Under the pieces are notes generated by a model. That model worked only from the letters and a program-made list of their open reading frames with translations, was not told where the DNA came from and did not search any database. Both the position numbers and the translations under genes were made by a program. A stretch of DNA of 61,307 bases, counting the filler, from Kipferlia bialata (lineage: Eukaryota): the NCBI GenBank assembly GCA_003568945.1. It is 3 parts of 3 records of this genome, joined end to end, with 100 filler letters (N's around TTAATTAATTAA, not from the genome) between each part and the next. Parts side by side here need not be neighbours in the genome. Positions count along the whole stretch, not along the records: positions 40,942 to 61,307 come from BDIP01000381.1; 2 more parts are not named here. One strand, 5' to 3'. This document shows, one piece after another, positions 51,601 through 61,307 of this stretch; the first letter of the stretch is position 1, and the number at the start of each line of letters is the position of its first letter.

Positions 51601-54600
51601 CCAACGGTGGGGTGGGAGTATGGGGCAGCTGGAATCAATTGACACAGCCCGCCGGCTACAATGCCGCGCTGAGTGCCTATTCTAAGGATAGCAGGGTGTC
51701 GATGAGCGGAGACTGGGTAGCTGTGACAGGAGAGACTGTGCTAGCGCTATACGACAAGTCACAGCCCAGTTGGTACAACACCGAGCCCCAGACTCTGTAC
51801 CATGGGCTGGGCGAGTGGCCTGCCAGTGTGTCTATGGATGCCTACAGTGGCAGTGGGAGAGTGGTGCTGGGGTCAACGTCCGGGTCTGTCACTGTGTACA
51901 CACTGAACTCTGGTACATGGGAGCTTGAGGGTACTATCAGTACAGGTGCAGCTGAGCACGTGTCTCTGTATGGGACCACCCTCGCTGTTGCCACGTCCAC
52001 TAGTGTTGATACATACGCACACGACGGGACTGACTGGTCTCTCCTCCTCACCCTACACCCCTCTGCTGCCCCCAGCGATGTAGTTGTATCAGAGTACGGG
52101 TTGCAAGTGGGTGCTGCCACCTTCGGCGATGCCGGCGCCGTATACGTCTACCCCTGCACCCAGATACCTGCCTCTCTTCCCAACACTGTGGCCAACCAGC
52201 TGACAGTTGGACCAGACCTTAGACAACCCTCTGCCACCGCTGGTGATGCCGTTGGGGTGTCTATAGCAGCAGAGGGAGACTGGATGGCCGCAGGTTCCAA
52301 TGCATCTGGGGGCGCTGTACACATGTACCAGATGCAGGCTAATGGGGTGTACAACCACAAGCAGATAATCACAGGCACTACTGGGTCAATGTTCGGTACC
52401 AAACTGGCCATGTCCGGCACGACACTAGCAGTGGCTGCCCCGCTGGAGACAGTTGATGGCGATGCCAATGCCGGTGTGGTGTACGTCTACTTACTTAACG
52501 AGAGTGGCGTCTGGGGACACCAGGCTACCCTCGTTGGAACCATGGCTATGGGAACTACTGAGAAGTTTGGGACACGCATCGCCCTGTCCGGGGATACCAT
52601 TGTTGTGTCTAGCCAGGATGACATGGTGTACTACTTCACCAGAACAGGGACATGGTGGTCAGAGGCAGTGGAGATTGTGGAGCCTGAGGTATGGTGTCGC
52701 TCTATGTTATATATCTGCATACATAATATATTGGATTCAATACCCTTACAACCAGGCTGGTGTTTCGTTCAACCAGACCCCTGCGCTGGCGATGTCGGAT
52801 CACTGGCTAGCCATCCTGGGCTACAACAGCCTGTTCTTCTACGACGTCTCCCATCCCGACTGGCACGCATCCCCCTACCAGTCCTTCTCAGGCTTCTCCG
52901 ACTGGTCAGACTCATCCCTCTGGGTATCCTTGGACATGTACAGTGGATATGGCAGGGCAATCGTTGGCAGCAAGGTGCAGTGCTGTCCCGAGGTGTATGC
53001 CCTGTCAGAGGATGGGGTGTGGGCCAAGGAGGAGTGGCTGGAGAACATGCCCGTCTGGGGTGATGCCACGGAGTGTGCCATATATGGGGAGACCCTCGCT
53101 ATAGCGTCCTCCCACGGTGTTGACGTGTATGCCTATGACGCCTCTGCCACCAAGGTGTGGGACATCGTATCCAGCCCTAGGCCCAACCTCAATGCGGTCA
53201 CCGGTGGTTTGGCCCTTACCCAGCACGGTATGGTGGTGGGTGCACCTGGTATACACAACACAGGCATCGCTGCCGGTGGGGTCTACGTGTACACACTCGA
53301 CTACCCATACTCTGGACCTGCACTCTCCCAGTCCGTACCTGAACTATTTGGGTCCCAGCCCTACCTCCTCAAGCCATCATTTGGCAATGCCCGCTTTGGG
53401 ATGTCTGTTTCATCTGACGGGGATTGGGTAGTCACTGGGTCCCCCTATGAAGGTACTGGTATGGCATATGTGGGGAAGCATGCATCTGACGGGTCCTGGC
53501 TCTACAGCGAAGAGTTCACTGCTCCCGATACTTCTGTCGCCAGCTCCAATGGATACTTGGTCTTTGGCTGGAGTGTAGCCATATCCGGCACTCGGATGGT
53601 TGTATCTGCCACATATGAGCAGGTTGACGGGGTCGATACTGTAGGTGCCGTGTATACATACACCCTCGACCATGCTACCGACACCTGGTCTCTGGAACAG
53701 ACCATATACGGTCCCACTGGGTGCAACCAGTTTGGCCTTCAGCTTGCTCTGTCAGGCAGCGATATGCTCATTTCGAGTTCGCATGCCGTGTACCGTTGCC
53801 GTCACAACGGTGTTGAGTGGGGGACACCGATGGCTCTGGCTGAATCCTACGATGGTGCATTCTCCTCCCAACCCATCAATGTCACCCTTGATGGAGGGTG
53901 GGCGGCTGTCCAGACCCTGGCCTATATCTTCATGTACGACACCACCCTGATTGATTGGCACCTGCTGCCTGTACAGCTGATAAACCAGTGGTATTTGTCT
54001 GGCCCGCACCTCTCCCTAGACATGTCCAGTGGCAGGGGCAGAGTGTCTGCAGGGGTGGATGTTGCTACGGGCACGGATGTGTACGTATTTCAGCTTAGCG
54101 AGACTGGGATTTGGACATATGAGACGTTATTCCCAGTCCGCCCCTGTAAGGGAGTTGCGCTGTATGGAGACATGCTAGCCGTTGGAACCGATTCCACTGT
54201 CTACCTATATGAGACTGGTGACGACGGGACTTGGCAGGACGTAGGGACAGGTGGTGCCCACACGCTGTCCCCCCTCATGACTAATGGGATGGGATCACTG
54301 CACCTCTCCCAGCATGGTCTGTTTGTGGGGTGTGACAGGGTAGATGCACAGTATGATGGACTGGTCTACGCCTACCCCATCGACCTTCCTGCCAAGTACA
54401 GCCATGCCTCCATGCCGTCTCCCTATCCAGACACATTCAAGTCCTGGGACAACCCCCACCCGTTCAACATCGCTGTTGACGGAGAGTGGGCTGTGATGGG
54501 CGCTCCTTATGAGTATGCAGAGAGGGGAAGGGCATTCGTTGCTCGTAGACAGGCTGACAACTCCTGGGCGGAGTTCCAGACCCTGGTACCTAGGACCGCG

Positions 54601-57600
54601 GACGTATCCTCCCCCAGGGGCATAGACACTCTGATGTACGGACACTGGGTGGCTGTATGTGGAGACTACATCGCGGTGGGACTGGTTAACGCCAAGGTTG
54701 ACTCTGTCAACTTTGTGGGCTCTGTCCACATATACAAGGCGGGTGCCACAGAGTTTGAGCTGGACTCCGTCTCTCTGCCCCCTGCGACACACAGGGGAGG
54801 GGACCCCATCGTATACTTTGGGATACACCTCGCCATGTCTCACTCAACCCTTGTGATAGGTGGGGTTGGTGCTGTCTATGTGCAGAGCCTGGATGACACT
54901 GGGACCTGGGGTGCAGTGTCCGTGCTCAAAGAGCCAGTGACAGACTGCTATGTCTCTGGGGATGTGAAGCTTGATGCCGACGGGGACTGGGTCGCAGTGC
55001 TCACTGCCACCCACATCTACATGTACGTGACTACCAAGGCAGACTGGTCGACAAGTGATCCCTACCAGGCTATCGAGCACGACATTGTCGTAACCTGTTG
55101 GTTCTGTGGCACTATCTCGCTAGACATGTCGAGTGGGCCTCTGGGCAGGGTTGCCATTGGCGTATCTGATGGTGCCACCACAGAGTCCCTAGCTGTCTAC
55201 GCCCTGGTACGCGATGAGTGGCAGCTGGAGAACAAGTTCGACGGTGTGGCTACAACCAACGGAAGCGTGTCCCTCTATGGCGACACTCTTGCCATAGGCA
55301 CAGACAGTGGTATATCTCTGTTCACGTATGACACCAACAACTGGGTGCCCTCAGTCACAGTACACCCAGAGGTCGTGTACGGCGGTACATACGTCTCTAC
55401 CATAGCGCTCTCTGAGGGTGGTATCTTGGTGGGTCAAGTTCACGGCGAAGGTGCCCTCTACTGGTACCCAGTCAACTTGCCAGGGACCGAGCGACCTGCT
55501 GCTCTGGAGTCCTTCCTAGACGACCTCGTTGTAGACCCCACCCTCCTCTCCCCCACTTCGTCGTCTGAGCCCCAGACAGGGCGTAGTGTCGACATGGATG
55601 GGGATTGGTTGGTGGTCGGTGCCCCTCGGGAGGATTCCACCGATAACAGCGGCAGAGTGTACATATACAAGTGGGATACAACCACTGGTGACTACGCCTA
55701 CCACTCCCAGCTGGACCCCCCTGGATCTGCCATCCCGTCCTATACCAACGACGACAGCAGGGCCCAGGTGATGTTTGGGATATCGGTGTCCATCTCACAG
55801 ACCTCCCTCGCTGTAGGTGCCTCCGATACCAAGGTCACCAACGACAACGTGGGCATGGTGTATGTGTATGACCTTGTAGCGGATGTGTGGACACTCGCTC
55901 ATGAGCTGGTCCCACCCTCTACCAACACATACTTCGGGAGCAATGTCTCTCTTGAAGGGAGTAACCTAGTTGTTGCCGGCCACAATACCCTCTACACATT
56001 CCAGCTGGTCACGAATGTGTGGAGTAGCTATATATCGGTGGCTGCCCCCTTCGCCAGTTGTTTCGACTCAAGTGGCCGGAGTTCCACGAGGGTCTCTCTC
56101 AGTGACAACTGGGCTGCTGTGGTCACAATGACCCACCTCATGCTGTTCGACATGACTGACAGCGACTGGCACACCAACGCCCCTGCGTTCTCAGTCGATC
56201 TTGGTGGTGTCAGCAATGTACTCGATGTTTCCATTGACATGAGTGCTGGTAGGTGCGTTCTTGCAATAGGTGACCCCGTTGAGAGGTATCTGCAGGTGTA
56301 TGCATACAATAACGACACATGGGCGCTGGAGCAGACACTTCCCATGGTGGAGGGGATGCGTGTAGCAGTGTATGGGAGTGTGATTGCCGTTGGGTGTGCA
56401 AATGAGGCTAGGGTATATGCTTACAGCGAGTACTCTGGCAGGTGGTACCTGGCATACAGTATGGACCTTGACTCCTCCCCCACTGCCGTATCTCTCTCAG
56501 AGTACGGTATGGCGATAGGTGCTTCTGGGTATCTCTTTTCTACTGGCGCTGTGTTCGTATATCCTGCCGATGTCCCTGCTGCATCCTCCACCGACACCAC
56601 CCCTGCCTCCATGTCCTGTACAGTCTCTGCCATGCAGACAAGGGAGGTGGCATTCATGAGGTTGCGTCTCCACGCCAGTGATGGATCAATGGTGAGGGTG
56701 ATTCCAGAGGGGTATGTACCGCACTACGCCACCTTCAACGAGAGTGACTACCCTGTGCACTGTGGGCCTGGGGGTGAGTGTACCCTGTCACTGGTGGCCC
56801 CTCTGACCGCGGGAACCTACGCGATGTCACTGCACGGGGGCAAGACTGCGACAGACGTCAGTCCCCTCGACGCCCTTGGTCTGAGTACCAATATCGTGGT
56901 GTCCGGCATTGACTATCCACATATGACAAGGATGTATGCCCCAGCTGACCCTTTCACCAGAGGGTCTGGAGACTCTGGCCTGGTCGATACTCTACTAGAC
57001 GCTGAACCAGGTACACTGATACTTTCATGTCACTTTCCTTGTTCTCCATAGCCGTTGTGTGACTTCCAGTCGACTTGTGTTTCTCTGAGTTCATTATTCG
57101 ACTCGTCCCTCTCACCCTAGGTCTGGTGGTGACTGTGTATGACTGCAACATCGCAACAGACAGTGAGCTACATGCATTCAGGTGGAACGGGACTGCCTAC
57201 GCTGCATCAACCTTCTCCAACTTTGGCTGCCACCCTGAGAGCCTGTCTGTCAGTAATGGAGTGGCCCTTGTGGGGTGCCCTACGACGGATGTGGTGGGCA
57301 TAATTGATGTGGCAGAGGATTCTTTTGGGGACATTCTAGGTACGGACTTCTCTATTCTCTCTTGTACAGTACACTCTCTCACCACCAGGCTATGTCCCTC
57401 TCCCTGGTAGTAGCGGGATCAACTTTGGGGCTCTGGTTGCCCACTTTGGAGACTGGCTAGCAGTGGCATCCGATGATGACGTCCATGTGTTCCACTATGA
57501 TCTATATGCTGGCTGGAGATACACACAGTCCCTCTCCTACGGCATTGACACCGTAGCGTCTTTGGCGATGCATAGCGGGTACGCTTCCGTTGTGGTATCC

Positions 57601-60420
57601 CTCTTCTTCTGTGTTCATCTCTAATACCCTAGGTACTTGGCTCTTGGCCAGCCCACAGAGGCAGGGGATGGCTTGGTTCGTGTATACGCCTTAGACTCCA
57701 CCTGTGGTCTCTTTGAGTTGATGGACACTCTGTCCATGAGCCAGGGAGGCTTTGGGTCTGCCCTGTCCCTTGATGCAGACTGGCTAGCCGTACATGCCAC
57801 AGAGGCAGATGACAGTGGGTCGGTGTACCTGTTCCAGAAGGACGGAGAGCACTTTGTGCACCAGCACACACGCACACACCAGCTGAATGGTGTCTCCAGT
57901 CTCTCTGCCGGTGACCTGTTTGGCGCTGGTGTTACCTTGTCTGGTGCCCAGATGATAGTGGGGTCTCCCCTCATGTCCTGCTGGGGTGTCGGGGCAAGTG
58001 AGAACGGTGGTGCTATGATATACCCTAATGCTCACAGCGCAACTGCCAAGCTGTACAGTCACTTGTGGGTCGGGGGCAGTGACACAAGGGTGACCGAGGT
58101 GGCACTGGTCGGCGGCTATGCTGTTAGTGTTGGGTCCTACAGTGCAAGGGAGATCCAGCTGTGGGTACCCACCCCAGCCCCTGACTCCGTGACTGTCACC
58201 CCAGTCGACACCGTTGTGCCACTGGCACCCGTTGCATTCACAGTCTCTCTCGAGGCTGGTGGCGCTGCCCTCTCCCTAGAGGGCGTGTCAGTCACTGTCA
58301 CCCCCACTGCCACACCGGGTGACCAGGGTGTCTCTGTCCCATGTGTGTATGACTCTGATACAACCTCACACGCATGCGTGGTGGTCACGCCCCCTGGAGA
58401 ATTCACTTTGTCTGTCCTTTTGGATGGGACTACTATCCACTCAGAGACCATTGGGGCAGATGTCGATGGAGTAGTGCAGGGCGGCATGCAGCTGGCAGGT
58501 CAGTGCTTGTGGATAGTGTGTATTTGGTACTAGTACCCTCTGTTATCATGTTCTCATATTCCCCTAACCCAGGCTTCTATGGGGATGGGTGTGTGGAGGG
58601 TGTCTGCGGCACCGCAGCCGGACACATCAACACATCGGGCGGCACCTCCCTCATCATGAAGGGGGACTCAGCCCTGTCCATCTATCAGTTCAGGAGCTCT
58701 ACTCAGGTACTATGTGTAATTGAGCTGTGTCTTCTCTGGATTGTGCACTGACCCAGGTGTACACCAAGTACCAGGACGTCAGCCTCTCTGACATCACTGC
58801 ACATGCCGCCATGTCCCCTGAGTGCGTGGTGATAGCACAGGCGGTGGGCACGGTGGGTACAGCCACTGTGTTATGTAACTCTGCATGGCCCTATGCCTCC
58901 TCGGCCTGGACCCCAGCTGGGGGGATGACGCTCTCCCAGGCTGATATGTACATGGGGAGCAGAGGCGCCACGGCAGCAGGGAACAGGTCCGGGGTGTACT
59001 CTGTATCCGTATCGAGTCTAGATTATACTTACCCTCAGGATAGCCTTGCTCAATGGTGATGCCAATCACACCATGGTTCTTTTCAGAAGGGATACAAGTG
59101 GTCTATGGGTCTTCGAGGCCTCTATAGACTATGTTAGGGTGAGCATTCTATCTGTCCAATGGAAGACACAGTGTGTTGTATCTGTCGCTACCTCTTACCC
59201 AAGGACGCCCACCTTGAGACGCACTGTCTGCTGTTTACCCACACTGACACTGCCTTCCTCACCAGTGCTGTCTTCAACAGTGCCAGGGGTCCCTCCATAA
59301 CTGTCAACGACGTGGAGGTAACATCTACCAATCTATGTGTTTCCATCACCCTCTCGTGTCTCTATCGTGTAGCTCTTGTATCCCTTTCTCTGACCTCTAG
59401 GTGACCAACAACTGCAGCATCAGTTCTGTGACCCAGGGCACGGTGCTCCTGTCCTGTCTGGTTGGCGATGACACCCACCTCGTGCCTGTCACAAGGGAGG
59501 CAGATGGCACCCTGACAGTGTCCACAGCACTCACCGACATCAAGGCACATGGGGGGTCTGCCATGGCGGCAGGGGCGGTGTATGCATCCAACCCAGCCCT
59601 CGGGAAGTTCGGCCCAGACAGTGGGGGCCTGTCCATGTATGAGACAGGGGCTATGCATCTGGAGCTACAGTCCCAAGGCCCATTTAACCCCTTGCCTAAT
59701 GCAGGGGGTGGGTATGGAGCAGCCTTGCACGGGAGCGATGACGGGTGGCTGCATGTGATGAGTCAGGGTGTGGGTGCAGGGCGAGGTGTGGCTGTGTATG
59801 GGCCTCGCCTCATACCCCAGTCCATGGCCTCTCCCTCTGTCTCAGCCAGACCAGGACAACACGTGGCACACAGCGTAGGGGTGCTGTCCTCTGGTGATGG
59901 CAGGGTCATCCCTGGTGCCTATGAGCTTTACGCTGTGCTAGAGGGAGTGGAGACCGAGGTGGCGAGGAGGGACTACGATAGTGGGTCCTACACACTCACA
60001 TTCACTGCCCCATGTACAGCTGGGACATACACCATGCCTGTGTATGCCAAGGACTGCGCAGATGTATCTATGGCTATGACCCTGACGGTGTCTGGTACCC
60101 CAGCCCCCCACCCCTCTCAGACCACCATCCAGCACTCATCCACCAATGTATGTGATGTATCAGTGTCACTGGGTGGTATCTGTGGGGTGGATATAGGTGG
60201 GGCAGAGAGTGTCACCCTGCACTGGGACTCAGAGTCAGACACTGCTGCCTCCTATGACTCCTCAGCCGATGCATACGGCCTCACCCTGACCGAGCCTACA
60301 TCCCTTGGCCCCCACACCCTGTCTGTGTGCATGGGGTATGGGTGTGTGGAGGAAAGGTGGCACAACCTGCCCGGGGTGGGGTGGCTCATGCTGGAGGAGG
60401 TGAGGCGCCACACACAGTGA
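48615..60420 (+). CDS. Giant secreted/surface FG-GAP beta-propeller repeat protein with interspersed Ig-like domains (5' end hidden in N gap 48202-48558)
   Basis: Recurrent FGxSVAxSGDxxxxGAP...GAVYxY blades in about 7 clear modules of roughly 330 aa (48615-56580) plus about 2 degenerate ones. Ig-like segments ending ...AGTYAMSL, PGEFTLSVLLDG and AGTYTMPVY. Includes a 4.25-kb exon (52756-57010). Confidence 0.85.
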
Positions 60421-60830
60421 GAGCCTGGTGTATCAAACACCATTCGATTAGTCTTGACGCATTCCATTCCTGTTTCGTGGTCTGCATAGCTTAGTATCTC
60501 TCCACTGTTTATTGTCTGGAGAGGTAGTGTACTTCACATAACATAGATTGATTCAATGACGTATGACGTGTCATTTGAGCGGAGAATGTATCTCCCATTG
60601 GAAGCCGCAGCCCGCTGTATGGACCTGAAAGCGTCACACCGCGACGATGGCTTCTTGATTGTGATGGGCCCTGTGTATCTCATGCAGGTCCTCTAGAGTG
60701 GCACAAGTCAAATACTACACCCCTAATACAATGTGTCTCAATAGATTGAGCGACAAGATTCTGATCGCCATTTGAATCTGCGATGGACGTTAAATTGATT
60801 CCTGCCTCTCTTTCACGGCATTCAGCAAGA

Positions 60831-61246
60831 ATGGCGCAAGCAGGAGATCTTCAACCTTCTGGAGAGGCTTACACAGTCCCCAACGTTCTGGTACTGGCAG
60901 AGCAGACGGTAAGGAGGCTTTCATTGCCGAAATAGCTACTGGTCTGGATAATCACCGTCTTTAAACGGCACATTATCATAACTCCTTGTACATCTTCCTC
61001 CAACCCAGGTTGTCCAGCCGGTGGATGCGTTCAACCCTATCAACCCCTCTGCCCCTGTGCAGGTAGTCCCAGATGACAGTAAGGGGGACGGGGAGGCAGA
61101 CCTCGATGGCCCTGTCAGCACCGACAAGGCGCCGGTGAGTGCACTGTTTGATTCAATCTCTGTGTCTCATGCCCGTCTCACTACCAGATCTCGAGGACCT
61201 TCCTGGTTGTGGCATTGGCAGTGGCAGTGGTCTGTGGTGTCGGAGG
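60831..61246 (+). CDS. 5' exons of a probable single-pass membrane protein, truncated at the window end
   Basis: MAQAGDLQPSGEAYTVPNVLVLAEQT|VVQPVDAFNP...TDKAP|ISRTFLVVALAVAVVCGVG, with phase-consistent GT-AG junctions. Confidence 0.5.
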
Positions 61247-61307
61247 TACGTGTGATTAGCTCTCCCCCCCCCCCCCCCCCCCCCCCCCCACCCAACATAC
61301 ACCCACC

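Overview
Eukaryotic, intron-dense, microsatellite-rich protist DNA. The fused branch-point/acceptor signal (YTNAY-~4 nt-AG, typically CTCACCCCCAG) and the gene content suggest a free-living fornicate such as Kipferlia; this is inference and was not verified. The window is three unrelated scaffolds (1-20375, 20476-40841, 40942-61307) joined by artificial N44-TTAATTAATTAA-N44 linkers. Most short ORFs in the track are noise; the genes below were reconstructed by hand from GT-AG exons. Scaffold 1 carries a Brf1-like C-terminus, a protein with an isolated Hsp70-lid-like domain, an orphan ubiquitin-E2 5' end, and a very large TUTase/Trf4-like nucleotidyltransferase with 6-7 CCHC knuckles. Scaffold 2 carries an ERp29-C protein, a degenerate Crinkler-type NTPase/REase, an Asteroid/XPG-type PIN nuclease and an ankyrin-FYVE protein. 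Scaffold 3 carries an acyltransferase-3 membrane protein, a PH protein, a TPR-like protein and a giant FG-GAP propeller/Ig protein. The most striking signal is that long TA/CT-microsatellite introns contain many 'echoes' of the adjacent half-exon plus one splice site. Many echoes differ from the real exon almost only at synonymous codon positions, which neutral intronic duplicates should not do.
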